Below are positions 47,644 through 57,152 of a DNA stretch of 64,000 nt, one piece after another (position 1 is the stretch's first letter; every line of letters begins with the position of its first letter). The stretch spans positions 4,608,001 to 4,672,000 of the forward strand of contig OZ253564.1 in assembly GCA_965262915.1 (NCBI GenBank), written 5' to 3'. The notes beneath the pieces were generated by a model, which was not told where the DNA came from, searched no databases, and was given only the letters and a program-made list of their open reading frames with translations. The position numbers and the translations under genes are program-made. The stretch comes from Candidatus Spongiisociaceae bacterium. GTDB lineage: Bacteria > Actinomycetota > Acidimicrobiia > Spongiisociales > Spongiisociaceae.

Positions 47644-48789
47644 GTGACCAGAAGATACGCCCTCTTGTTCCTCACGCTGGTGCTGGTGGTCAGCGCCTGC
47701 GGGGGAGCAGATGAGGAACCGACTGCCGCCACCGAAACCACGGAGGCGTCCACCACCCAAGCGGCCGCGGAGCCGACGACGACGGAAGTTGTGGTGGACG
47801 TGGTCCAGGGCCGCACCCTCGAAGAAGTTCAGGCCCGTGGCTCTCTGCGTTGTGGTGTTTCGACCAGCGCTATCGGTTTCGCCGAACCACAGGACGACGG
47901 TTCCTTCAAGGGATTCGACGCCGACTACTGCCGGGCCGTGGCCGCGGCGGTGCTCGGTGATGCCAACGCGGTGGAGTTCGTCGGTACCACAGCCGCCGAG
48001 CGCTTCAACGTGCTGGCCGCCGGTGAGATCGATGTGCTGTTCCGTAACACCACCTGGACGCAGAGCCGGGACACCGAGATCGGAGGCGACTTCGGACCCA
48101 CCACGTTCTACGACGGTCAGCAGATCATGGGTAAGGCCGAGTTCGGCTTCGACCATGCTTCTTCTCTGGCCGACGTGGACGGGGCCCGTCTCTGTACCAA
48201 CGCCGGAACCACCACCGAGAAGAACATCACCGAGGGCGCCCGCGTGGTTGGCGCGGAGATCGAGCTCGTGACCGTCGAGAACTTCCCGGAGGCCATGGAG
48301 TTGTTCCGCGAGGGCTCCTGCGACCTGGTTACCACCGATGGTTCGGCACTGTTCGGTAATCGCTATTCCAGCATCCAGAACGGTGAGATCGCGGAGGGAG
48401 ATTGGATCATCTTCCCCACCACGCCGATCTCGAAGGAGCCGCTCGGACCCATGTACCGGCAGAACGACAGCCAATGGGCTGACGTGATCAACTGGTTGGT
48501 GTACGCGCTGATAATCGCCGACGAGAAGGGCATAACCTCGGCCAACATCGACGAAATGGTGGCCAACCCGGTTGACCCGGAGGCCGGCCGCCTGCTCGGT
48601 GTGGGCGAGGACGAACTGCAGACCAAGATGGGTCTCCCCGCCGACGCCTTTGCCCAAGCCATCCGGCAGGTCGGTAACTACGACGAGATCTACGTCAACA
48701 ACCTGCACCCGCTCGGCTTTGCCCGAGCCGGCTCGGCCAATGCCCGGTGGACAGAGGGCGGCCTGATCTACTCGCCCCCGGCCCGTTGA
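47644..48789 (+). CDS. aapJ: General L-amino acid ABC transporter substrate-binding lipoprotein (AapJ/BztA-like)
   Basis: Lipobox VSAC, RGSLRCGV, GFDADYCRAVAAA, RNTTWT.SRD, SKEPLGP, VGNY.EIY, GGLIYSPP. Confidence 0.9.
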   Translation: MTRRYALLFLTLVLVVSACGGADEEPTAATETTEASTTQAAAEPTTTEVVVDVVQGRTLEEVQARGSLRCGVSTSAIGFAEPQDDGSFKGFDADYCRAVAAAVLGDANAVEFVGTTAAERFNVLAAGEIDVLFRNTTWTQSRDTEIGGDFGPTTFYDGQQIMGKAEFGFDHASSLADVDGARLCTNAGTTTEKNITEGARVVGAEIELVTVENFPEAMELFREGSCDLVTTDGSALFGNRYSSIQNGEIAEGDWIIFPTTPISKEPLGPMYRQNDSQWADVINWLVYALIIADEKGITSANIDEMVANPVDPEAGRLLGVGEDELQTKMGLPADAFAQAIRQVGNYDEIYVNNLHPLGFARAGSANARWTEGGLIYSPPAR

Positions 48790-48817
48790 TCCGGTCCCGA
48801 CTAATCACCCCGAAATT

Positions 48818-48848
48818 GGGAGGGGGCACCGTTCAGGTGCCCCCTCCC
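48818..48848 (+). terminator. Strong intercistronic hairpin after aapJ
   Basis: GGGAGGGGGCACC-GTTCA-GGTGCCCCCTCCC; no U-tract. Confidence 0.6.
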
Positions 48849-48896
48849 CGCGTCGCTGGTTGGTATGGTCTAGGCACCAACTAGACGGACGGTCAA

Positions 48897-50450
48897 TTGG
48901 TCACGCCCACCAAGAGAGCCTCTCAGACCCGAGTACCCATATGGCGAAATGTGGTGGTCATCAAATGGGCTACCCAGATCAGCGTGCTGTTCGGCGTCAT
49001 CTGGCTGGGCTACCTCCTGATCACCCAGGCCACCGCCAACCTCCGCTCAACCGGCATACCGTTCTCCTGGGACTTCCTGGGCGAACCTCTAGGCGTCAAG
49101 CTGAGCGAGGGCTTCAACACCGACCCGGAGTCCGGACTCGAAGCCTTGGCGGTGGGAATGGTCAACATGCTCAGGATCACTTGGAGCGGGGTCATCGCCG
49201 CCACCGTAATCGGAACGGTGATCGGGGTGTCCCGGCTGTCCTCCAACTGGATAGTCTCGAGGATCGCCAACTCTTACATCGAGTTCTTCCGAAACATCCC
49301 ACTCCTGGTCCAGATCCTCTTCTGGCAGGCCCTGATCATCAGCATCCTCCCGGATCTCACCGCGGACATGGCGGGGACCGGGTGGTTGTTCGCCAGCCCC
49401 AAAGGCATAGCCATACCCTGGTTCACCCCCCAGGCCGGCCGCTGGCAGTACACCGTGCTGGTCATCGTCGGCATCGTGATGGCGCGCTGGATGTACCGCC
49501 GCCGAACGGCACTCCTTGAACGGGAAGGCCGCGAGACGCACGCGTTCGCATGGTCGCTCGCCACGTTCGGCTTGTTCCTCGTAGGAGGCTGGTTCGTCCA
49601 TCCCGTAGCGGGAGTTCTGGGTTGGGTATTCGAGGCGCTCGCTTGGGTGGCCGGGACCGTGCCGGTGATCGCCTTCCAGCTGGCTCTTGCCGGGCTCGCG
49701 GTGTGGCTGGCCGTCCGCTACATCCTGCAGTACCTGCGGGGACTTCGCTCCCCGGCCGGAACGGCCAAGCTATCCGACGACGACTTCTTCCGTTTGGGAG
49801 TGGCGGTTGTCCTGGGACTCGGCCTGCTGCTGTTCTTCGTGTCCGGGGCCGGGGAGGCCACCCTCGCCCGGATCCTCGGGCGAACCCTCACTTACCAGAT
49901 GAACTGGGGCCTCGAACCACTGTTCGACTTCCTGGCTTCCCGGTTCGATTTCGTAGGCGGCGCACCACTGCGCTTTACCCTCCCCGAGGTGGTGGTTCCC
50001 ACCAGGTTCGCTAGCTACTCACGCGAGGTCGGGAAGGCCTTGACCCCGGGGTTCGTAGCCGTGTGGTTGGGGGTGACCCTTTACGCAGCCGCCTTCATCG
50101 CCGAGATCGTCCGGGCGGGGATCATGGCCGTACCGCGCGGCCAGGGAGAGGCCGCTGCAGCGGTCGGTCTCCGCCGCGGACAGGTGCTGCGCTTGGTCGT
50201 GCTACCGCAGGCCTTCCGGGTCGTCCTTCCCCCGCTCGGTTCCCAGTACCTGAACCTGGCCAAGAACACGTCGCTGGGTATCGCCGTAGCCTACGCCGAC
50301 GTCGTCCAGGTCGGACAGACCATCTTCAACCAGGAAGGGCAGGCACTGGCGGTGTTCATCTTCTGGATGGGCTTCTACTCGATCGTGAGCCTGGTCCTGT
50401 CCGGCGTCGTCAATTACTACAACCGCAAGATGACGCTGGTGGAACGCTGA
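48897..50450 (+). CDS. aapQ: Amino acid ABC transporter permease (AapQ-like, enlarged)
   Basis: RLSSNW, YIEFFRNIPLLVQ, AFIAEIVRAGI.AV..GQ.EAA, YLNLAKNTSL. Confidence 0.85.
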   Translation: MVTPTKRASQTRVPIWRNVVVIKWATQISVLFGVIWLGYLLITQATANLRSTGIPFSWDFLGEPLGVKLSEGFNTDPESGLEALAVGMVNMLRITWSGVIAATVIGTVIGVSRLSSNWIVSRIANSYIEFFRNIPLLVQILFWQALIISILPDLTADMAGTGWLFASPKGIAIPWFTPQAGRWQYTVLVIVGIVMARWMYRRRTALLEREGRETHAFAWSLATFGLFLVGGWFVHPVAGVLGWVFEALAWVAGTVPVIAFQLALAGLAVWLAVRYILQYLRGLRSPAGTAKLSDDDFFRLGVAVVLGLGLLLFFVSGAGEATLARILGRTLTYQMNWGLEPLFDFLASRFDFVGGAPLRFTLPEVVVPTRFASYSREVGKALTPGFVAVWLGVTLYAAAFIAEIVRAGIMAVPRGQGEAAAAVGLRRGQVLRLVVLPQAFRVVLPPLGSQYLNLAKNTSLGIAVAYADVVQVGQTIFNQEGQALAVFIFWMGFYSIVSLVLSGVVNYYNRKMTLVER

Positions 50451-50451
50451 T

Positions 50452-52497
50452 ATGACAGAAGCAACATCCAGTCCCGAAGCCGTTGATATGACCGAGCGAG
50501 CTCCCGATCCTCCGCTTGCCGGACCCTGGCGGTGGATGCGCGAGAACCTGTTCTCCGGCCACACGCGGAAACAGATCGCCTTCAACAGCTTCCTCACCCT
50601 GGTTTTCGCACTGGTCCTGATCAACATGCTGCAGTTCCTCACCACCTTCCTCTTCTCCCCGGACCGTAAGTGGCCGGCCGTCACCCACAACATGAAGCTC
50701 TTGATGGTCCAAGCCTTCCCCCAGGATGATCTGGTCAGGATCTGGGTCTCGCTGGGAATCTTCCTAGTGCTGGTCGTCTGGTCGATGGCTTCCTGGCAGG
50801 TTGGTGGCCGGCTCGAAGTCTCGACCTTCGCCAGAGGCCTGCGAAACGGCGCAGCCTTGGTGGCCGTTGCGGGAATCATGCACCACGGCGCGGGGACGCG
50901 TGCTGTCGGCATCCCCGGCCTGCGGTTCGACCTACCCGCTGAATGGAGCACCGTCCGCATCTGGATATTCGTCGCGGCGATCATGTTGGCCGTCCTCGGC
51001 CACATGGTCGCCCGGAGGTCCCGCAATGCAGACCCGACGCCGACGATCCCCCTTCTCCTGGTCCCGGTGCTGGGCATGGCAGTTGTCGCGATGCTCCTCT
51101 GGACCGTGCGGTTGCCCGTTCCTCTCGGTCAGTTCGACCAGACCACGGCGCCGATCGCCACTACCACCGCCGGACCGTGGACCATCCTGTTCGCCGTCGC
51201 GGTGGTCGCCTACGTCCTAGGTCTGAAACTCGAGAGCCATTGGCCCCGCCCCTTGAGGCGGTTCCTGATCTCGGCGTGGGTGCTTTCGTATCCCGTGATC
51301 ATCTTCGTCATCCAGCGCAACCCGATCCTTGACTGGCCCGACATGCTGGGGTTCGGCGAGACACCCTTCCTGCGCTCGGATCTCGGCACGATGCTGCTGT
51401 TCAGTCTGGTGGTTGGCGCCGCGGTCCGGGTGCTGGCTCTCCCCACCAAACGTTCGAACACGAGCGGGGTCGTGGTTGCTACCGGGGTGGCTGTCGCCGC
51501 CTTGCCCTTCGCGTTCGGAGGAGGCCCGCTCTGGGCCAGCGCGGGGATGGGACTGGCCGGGTTGGCGGTAGTGGCCGGCGGCCTGACGGTACGGGAATCG
51601 GTGGAGATGGTCAGGGCGTCGGGGGCGGGCCTCGCACTGGCCTGCCTGTTCGTCTGGTTCGTTCCGATGCCCTTCCTCTACCGAGTTCTCATCCTCGCGT
51701 TCGCAATCTTCGTAATGATGGCGCCCACCTTCGGAGGAACCGTAGAGGGGCGGACCAAACTGGTTCGAGCCTGGATTGCGACCACAGTACTGATAGTGGT
51801 GGCTTTCCGGCTGGGCGCTGCCGACACCTCGCTCGAGTTCCAGGGCACGACCTTCTTAGGGGGGTTCAACCTGACCATCCTCTTGGCGATCACCGGCATC
51901 TCCCTATCTCTCCCCGTCGGTCTGATCCTGGCCCTGGCCCGTACCTCGACCATGCCTATCTTCCGCCTTCTCGCCACCGGCTACATAGAGTTGGTACGCA
52001 GCGTCCCGATGATCACCTGGCTGTTCTTCGGCTCGGCAATGCTGACCGCCTTCCTGCCTGCCGGCGTCGAGTTCGACGAGATCATCCGGATAGTGGCCGC
52101 CATCTCCATTTTCAACTCGGCCTACGTAGCGGAGAACATCCGGGGCGGGTTGCAGGCCATCGATAGGGGCCAGTACGAGGCAGCCCGAGCGACCGGCCTA
52201 TCCATCGTTCAGTCCACCTCTCTGATCATCCTGCCCCAGGCGGTACGAACGGTGATCCCGGCGCTGGTCGGGTCGGTCATCATCGCCTTCAAGGACACCT
52301 CCCTCGTGGCGATCATCGGGCTGGCTGATGTTTTGCTGATCGCGCGTAGCTTCATACCCCAGCAGAGCGACCCGAACTTCCAAGGCACCCTGCCCCAGAT
52401 GATGTTCTTCATGGCGGTGTTCTATTGGATCTTCACCTTCACGATCTCGCGGTTGGGCTTGCGTTACGAGAGCAGCGTCGGTCTCGGGGAACGCTGA
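50452..52497 (+). CDS. aapM: Amino acid ABC transporter permease (AapM-like, enlarged)
   Basis: W.WMRENLFS, GGFNLT, YIELVRSVPMITWLF, AYVAENIRGGLQ..GQYEAA, FKDTSLV. Confidence 0.85.
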   Translation: MTEATSSPEAVDMTERAPDPPLAGPWRWMRENLFSGHTRKQIAFNSFLTLVFALVLINMLQFLTTFLFSPDRKWPAVTHNMKLLMVQAFPQDDLVRIWVSLGIFLVLVVWSMASWQVGGRLEVSTFARGLRNGAALVAVAGIMHHGAGTRAVGIPGLRFDLPAEWSTVRIWIFVAAIMLAVLGHMVARRSRNADPTPTIPLLLVPVLGMAVVAMLLWTVRLPVPLGQFDQTTAPIATTTAGPWTILFAVAVVAYVLGLKLESHWPRPLRRFLISAWVLSYPVIIFVIQRNPILDWPDMLGFGETPFLRSDLGTMLLFSLVVGAAVRVLALPTKRSNTSGVVVATGVAVAALPFAFGGGPLWASAGMGLAGLAVVAGGLTVRESVEMVRASGAGLALACLFVWFVPMPFLYRVLILAFAIFVMMAPTFGGTVEGRTKLVRAWIATTVLIVVAFRLGAADTSLEFQGTTFLGGFNLTILLAITGISLSLPVGLILALARTSTMPIFRLLATGYIELVRSVPMITWLFFGSAMLTAFLPAGVEFDEIIRIVAAISIFNSAYVAENIRGGLQAIDRGQYEAARATGLSIVQSTSLIILPQAVRTVIPALVGSVIIAFKDTSLVAIIGLADVLLIARSFIPQQSDPNFQGTLPQMMFFMAVFYWIFTFTISRLGLRYESSVGLGER

Positions 52498-52510
52498 CCA
52501 TGGAAGGTGG

Positions 52511-52668
52511 GTGGTATGCCTGGGAAATGGCGGTGTGGTATGTGCCAGCCGCCGCGCAACTCGGCGAGCCCCGATGGACAGGCCCGCAGCGGTACGTCGA
52601 GGAGTTGTGACACAGTGAAGATCATCAAGGTAAGCAGGGAATGGCCCATCATTTTGCAGGCCTACCAC
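52511..52668 (+). mobile_element. MITE family A, diverged full-length copy inside the aap operon
   Basis: GTGGTATGCCTGGGAAATGGCGGTGTGG...GTACGTCGAGGAG...AAGCAGGG...TTTTGCAGGCCTACCAC-TA. Confidence 0.75.
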
Positions 52669-52686
52669 TAAGTCGAGGAGTTCGAG

Positions 52687-53448
52687 ATGACCGGGAACCG
52701 AAGTGATAACGGATCACCAGCCATCATCTGTGAAGATGTCAAGAAGTGGTACGGTGATTTCCAAGCGCTAAGCGGAGTAACCACCACAATCGCCAGGGGC
52801 GAAGTAGTGGTGATACTCGGTCCTTCGGGCTCGGGCAAGTCCACTTTCATCCGCTGTATCAACCGCCTCGAGCACCACCAGCAGGGCCGGATCGTGGTGG
52901 GCGGTATCGAGCTGACCAACGACCTCCGTAATATAGACACGATCCGCCGGGAGATCGGGATGGTCTTCCAGCAGTTCAACCTCTTTCCGCACCTCACCGT
53001 GATCGACAACATCACCCTGGCGCCGATCTGGGTTCGCAACCGGACCCGAACCGATGCGGAAGCCGACGCAATGAAACTCCTCGATCGGGTAGAGATTCCC
53101 GAGCAGGCGCACAAGTACCCGGGCCAGCTATCAGGTGGACAGCAGCAGCGGGTCGCCATCGCCCGGGCGCTGGCCATGAATCCCAGGATCATGCTCTTCG
53201 ACGAGCCCACTTCAGCCCTCGACGCCGAGATGATCAAGGAGGTTCTCGACGTGATGAAGGAGTTAGCCGCCTCGGGGATGACCATGATCGTGGTTACGCA
53301 CGAGATCGGGTTCGCTCGCGAGGTGGCCGACCGCATCCTGTTCTTCGACGCCGGAACCATCGTTGAGGAAGGAACCCCCAAACAGTTCTTCATCACCCCA
53401 CGTCACGATCGGACCAAGCTCTTCCTGAACCAGATTCTGATGACGTAA
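52687..53448 (+). CDS. aapP: Amino acid ABC transporter ATP-binding protein (AapP-like)
   Basis: [42 protein letters not shown]. Confidence 0.92.
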   Translation: MTGNRSDNGSPAIICEDVKKWYGDFQALSGVTTTIARGEVVVILGPSGSGKSTFIRCINRLEHHQQGRIVVGGIELTNDLRNIDTIRREIGMVFQQFNLFPHLTVIDNITLAPIWVRNRTRTDAEADAMKLLDRVEIPEQAHKYPGQLSGGQQQRVAIARALAMNPRIMLFDEPTSALDAEMIKEVLDVMKELAASGMTMIVVTHEIGFAREVADRILFFDAGTIVEEGTPKQFFITPRHDRTKLFLNQILMT

Positions 53449-53508
53449 AACGAATGCTTGTCGTGGGCTACGACAAGGTGCTACTGGTGCACCGACCACG
53501 GACCACGA

Positions 53509-53539
53509 AATGGGGCCGGGCTATTAGCCCGGCCCCATT
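53509..53539. terminator. Hairpin between convergent aapP and SPFH genes
   Basis: AATGGGGCCGGGCTA-T-TAGCCCGGCCCCATT. Confidence 0.75.
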
Positions 53540-53562
53540 CCCTTGCTGATTCGGAGGAGGGA

Positions 53563-54504
53563 TCAGCCGGCCTTGCTGTCGCCGCTAACGGATCCGGCGC
53601 CTTCGCTGAACATCTCTCCGATCGATGCCACCGCGCCAAGTACCCCCGAAGTGTCCAGGGGTAGGAAGATCTTAGTGGCCTGACCGTTGGCGATGCCCTG
53701 CAAGGCTTCCAGATATCGGATGGCGATGAGATCCTCGGTCGGGTTTCCGTTGTGGATCGCCAGGAACACCCGCTCGATCGCCTGTCCTTCACCCTCGGCC
53801 ACGGTCAGCTTCTGGTACTTGTCGGCTTCCGCCACGCGCATGATGGCCTCCGCCTCACCTTCGGCCCGGAGGATGTTGGATTGCTTTACGCCCTCGGCCT
53901 TGAGGATGGCGGACCTCTTGTCGCCCTCGGCTTCGGTCACCACGGCCCGGCGGAACCGCTCCGCCTTCATCTGGCGGTGCATGGCCTCGGTGACATCCGG
54001 CGGCGGCTCGATACGCTGGATCTCGACCCGTACCAACCGCGTCCCCCACTTGTCGGTCGCATCGTCAAGGATCTGGCGCAGCTTGCTGTTGATGAGATCA
54101 CGGGACACCAAGGCCTCGTCGAGTTGAAGGTCGCCCACTACGTTCCTGAGGTTGGTCTGGGCCAGCTTCGTAACAGCAAGGATGAAGTTTCCAACCGCGT
54201 ACATCAGCTTTACAGGATCGGTCGCCTCGTAGAAGATCACGGCGTCAACCGTCACCACCACATTGTCCTTGGTGATGACTTCCTGCGGCGGAACGTCCAC
54301 CACCCGCTCTCGCATGTCCACCTTCAGCATCTTCTGCACGAAGGGTATGATGAACCGCAGGCCCGGTGACACGGTCGTGCGGTACTTGCCCAGGAACTCG
54401 ACCAGTCCCTTCTCGTACGGCCGGACAATCCGGAACCCGGTGGCCGCTATCAGCAGCAGTCCCAGGGCTAAGACAGCGAGTAAAATTACAGGTGCAGCTC
54501 CCAT
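53563..54504 (-). CDS. SPFH/stomatin-like (QmcA-type) protein
   Basis: [38 protein letters not shown]. Confidence 0.94.
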   Translation of the reverse strand: MGAAPVILLAVLALGLLLIAATGFRIVRPYEKGLVEFLGKYRTTVSPGLRFIIPFVQKMLKVDMRERVVDVPPQEVITKDNVVVTVDAVIFYEATDPVKLMYAVGNFILAVTKLAQTNLRNVVGDLQLDEALVSRDLINSKLRQILDDATDKWGTRLVRVEIQRIEPPPDVTEAMHRQMKAERFRRAVVTEAEGDKRSAILKAEGVKQSNILRAEGEAEAIMRVAEADKYQKLTVAEGEGQAIERVFLAIHNGNPTEDLIAIRYLEALQGIANGQATKIFLPLDTSGVLGAVASIGEMFSEGAGSVSGDSKAG

Positions 54505-54532
54505 TAGTTTCTTTCCTTCCTTCGATTGACCA

Positions 54533-54970
54533 TTATTCGACTTCTGCGACCACCAGCCGGGTGCCGCGTAGCTCGATCACCTCGACGGTCACGCTCTCCG
54601 GAATTGGATCCCCGTCGGTGATAGCGCGCCATTCCTCGGCCTCGACCCTGACCCGTCCGGTATTTGCGCTCATATCCACCTTCTCGAGGACGACGGCGTG
54701 CATACCCACATAGCGGGACGGTCCGATCAGCAGGCCGTCCTCCTGATCCTGTGCCCGCATGAACCGCAGCACGAACAACATCGAGATCCCCGTGCCTCCG
54801 AAGAAGAGGACCCACTGGACGGCGCCGTGCAACCCGAGCCACGCCGCGATCGCCGCCAGAGCGGCGCCTATCCCGAACGGGAGCAGGAAGAAGCCGGCGG
54901 TGACTATCTCGCCGAGCCCCATCACCAGCGCAACGGCGATCCAAATCCACCTCCAGAGATCGTTGTCCAT
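54533..54970 (-). CDS. Short NfeD family protein
   Basis: W.WI...[34 protein letters not shown]; RBS AAAGGAG before ATG at 54970. Confidence 0.88.
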   Translation of the reverse strand: MDNDLWRWIWIAVALVMGLGEIVTAGFFLLPFGIGAALAAIAAWLGLHGAVQWVLFFGGTGISMLFVLRFMRAQDQEDGLLIGPSRYVGMHAVVLEKVDMSANTGRVRVEAEEWRAITDGDPIPESVTVEVIELRGTRLVVAEVE

Positions 54971-55322
54971 GATCGGCTCCTTTCTCCATGTAAGAATGAT
55001 CGCCGCTATCAAGGCGATTCCCATTGCCCCCGAGACCCATACCAGGATTCGGGATGACGACCTCCAGGTCGAATCTCCGTTCTTCCGCCCACCAACTCAG
55101 CGTCTCGCGGTGGAATCGCGGGCTGAACTCGGCCACCCAAGCGGCGGCGAAGCCAGGAAGATCCTCACCGATCACGGCCTCGGGGTCGCGACCGCGGGCC
55201 GACACCTTCGCGAGATGGCACTCCAACTCCTTGCCCATGTTCTCGACGTCTCTTCGGGAGAGCCCGGTCTCGGGCCGGTACCTGCGGCACTTATCGACGA
55301 GTTCCTTGCCCGTGTCCGTCAT
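54971..55322 (-). pseudogene. HAAS/DUF1048-like helical domain, apparently frameshifted from the NfeD frame
   Basis: ELECHL...GRDPEAVIGEDLPGFAAAW; a second frame from about 55095 gives TM ILVWVSGAMGIALIAAIILTW in frame with NfeD. Confidence 0.6.
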
Positions 55323-55665
55323 TCCCCCCCTCCTTCCGACCTTTCTCTCCTTGCAACACCATCTCGACGCCCGCGGACAGGCGGACCCAGTCTTCCCGCC
55401 ATCGAGCCAGACGTTCCTGGCCCTCCTGGCGGATCCGGTAGTACTTGCGCACCGGGCCGGCCGAAGATCCTTCGTAGTATCCCTCGACCAGGTCCTTATG
55501 CTGCATACGGCTCAGCAGCGGGTAGATGCTCCCCTCACTCATCAGATCGAGACCCCGGGCCTCGAGTTTGCTCACCATCTCGTAGCCGTAGCTCGGCTGC
55601 TCGGCTATGAGCGCCAGCAGGCACATGTCCAGCACCCCCTTCAGGAGCTGAGATCGATGTTCCAT
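55291..55665 (-). CDS. PadR family transcriptional regulator
   Basis: QLLKGVLDMCLL, YGYE, EGSIYPLLSR, GPVRKYY. Confidence 0.93.
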   Translation of the reverse strand: MEHRSQLLKGVLDMCLLALIAEQPSYGYEMVSKLEARGLDLMSEGSIYPLLSRMQHKDLVEGYYEGSSAGPVRKYYRIRQEGQERLARWREDWVRLSAGVEMVLQGEKGRKEGGNDGHGQGTRR

Positions 55666-55701
55666 GTAGGGCCCTAGGTTCGACTTAGTTCTCCTGAGGG
55701 A

Positions 55702-55786
55702 ATCTTGGTTACCAAGGTTCCTTGGATACCAATAATCCTTGGTTAGTAGGATTCCTTGATTACCAGGCTACCTTGTAACACAAAAT
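55702..55786. promoter_or_regulatory. Five tandem 17-bp palindromic operator-like repeats upstream of padR
   Basis: CTTG starts at 55704, 55721, 55738, 55755, 55772; best copy CTTGGTTACCAAG. Confidence 0.75.
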
Positions 55787-55865
55787 AGCCCAACCTCAGC
55801 AAGAGCGCACTCCACAACCGATGCCGTCCGGCAGGGCGTTTTGACCGGCCAATCCGCGGCGTAAA

Positions 55866-56060
55866 ATGGGCTTCGTGTACGGACCTCTCAACGGCGTCAG
55901 GGTGGCACTGGTAACTCTGGCGGTGCTCGCCGCCCTGATGGGCGCCGTGCTGGGCTACTGGATAGTCACGCTCGTGCTGGCGGTTGGCGTTGCTCTCCAC
56001 GGATTCGGCTGGCTCTACCTTGCCCAACAAGCCAAGACCGGACCCGACAAGGGCCAGTGA
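55866..56060 (+). CDS. Small hypothetical membrane protein
   Basis: 64 aa, two hydrophobic helices, divergent from padR. Confidence 0.6.
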   Translation: MGFVYGPLNGVRVALVTLAVLAALMGAVLGYWIVTLVLAVGVALHGFGWLYLAQQAKTGPDKGQ

Positions 56061-56115
56061 CGCCTCCCAGTGACAAGTGACTCCTCCAAGTGACCAGTGA
56101 CCAGTGACCAGTGAC
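56055..56115. repeat. Heptamer tandem repeat (C/A)AGTGAC x7 with two 6-nt spacers
   Basis: CAGTGAC gcctcc CAGTGAC AAGTGAC tcctcc AAGTGAC CAGTGAC CAGTGAC CAGTGAC. Confidence 0.9.
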
Positions 56116-56154
56116 GGTCTCCTAAACGTACCGCGGCCGGTGCCGGCTACCCGC

Positions 56155-57054
56155 TCAGTAGTGCCATGGGAAGGGGGTGAAGTCCTTCGGGCGTTTCTCG
56201 ACGAAGGCGTCCCGGCCCTCTCTCGCCTCTTCGGTCATGTAGCCGAGTCGGGTGGCCTCCCCGGCGAAGATCTGCTGGCCCACCAGCCCGTCGTCGACCA
56301 GGTTGAAGGCGAACTTGAGCATCCGCTGGGACATGGGGCTCTTGGCGTTGATCGCCCGAGCCCACTCCAGCGCGGTCTTCTCCAACTCGTCATGGGGCAC
56401 CACCTTGTTCACCATCCCCATCCGGAAGGCATCCTCAGCCGAGTAGTCGGCGCCCAGGAAGAAGATCTCCCGGGCCCGCTTCTGGCCGACCATACGGGTG
56501 AGGTAGGCCGAACCGAACCCGGCGTCGAACGACGCCACATCGGCGTCGGTCTGCTTGAAGACGGCATGCTCCTCCGAAGCCAGAGTGAGATCGCAAACCA
56601 CATGGAGGCTGTGGCCTCCACCGACCGCCCAGCCCGGTACCACCGCGACGACCACCTTGGGCATGAACCGGATCAGGCGTTGGACCTCGAGGATGTGCAG
56701 CCGGCCCAGCCGGGCCGGGTCGATGTCCTCGGCGCCTTCGCCGTCGGCGTACATGTAGCCGGCCTTGCCCCGGATCCGCTGGTCCCCACCCGAGGAGAAC
56801 GCCCAGCCACCATCCTTGGGAGACGGGCCGTTGCCGGTCAGCAACACGGTCCCCACATCGCTCCACTGGCGGGCATGATCGAGAGCGATGTACAACTCGT
56901 CCACCGTCCTGGGCCGGAAGGCGTTACGCACCTCGGGTCGATCGAAAGCCACCCGGACCGTGCCTTGTTCTACCGCCCGGTGGTAGGTGATGTCGGTGAA
57001 GTCGAATCCCCCGACCTCGCGCCAGGCGGCCGGGTCGAACAGCTCTGAAACCAT
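56155..57054 (-). CDS. menB: 1,4-dihydroxy-2-naphthoyl-CoA synthase
   Basis: RPEVRNAFRP, SGGDQRIRG, RLHILEVQRLIR, GGGHSLHVVCD, SFDAGFGS. Confidence 0.96.
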   Translation of the reverse strand: MVSELFDPAAWREVGGFDFTDITYHRAVEQGTVRVAFDRPEVRNAFRPRTVDELYIALDHARQWSDVGTVLLTGNGPSPKDGGWAFSSGGDQRIRGKAGYMYADGEGAEDIDPARLGRLHILEVQRLIRFMPKVVVAVVPGWAVGGGHSLHVVCDLTLASEEHAVFKQTDADVASFDAGFGSAYLTRMVGQKRAREIFFLGADYSAEDAFRMGMVNKVVPHDELEKTALEWARAINAKSPMSQRMLKFAFNLVDDGLVGQQIFAGEATRLGYMTEEAREGRDAFVEKRPKDFTPFPWHY

Positions 57055-57152
57055 CCGGACGGGTTCCTCTCGGTAGGGACGCCTACTGTAACCTTCGGGC
57101 GCGTCTGCACCGGGAAACCGCCCGGGCTCGCAGTGGCTCGGTGAAAGACCGC

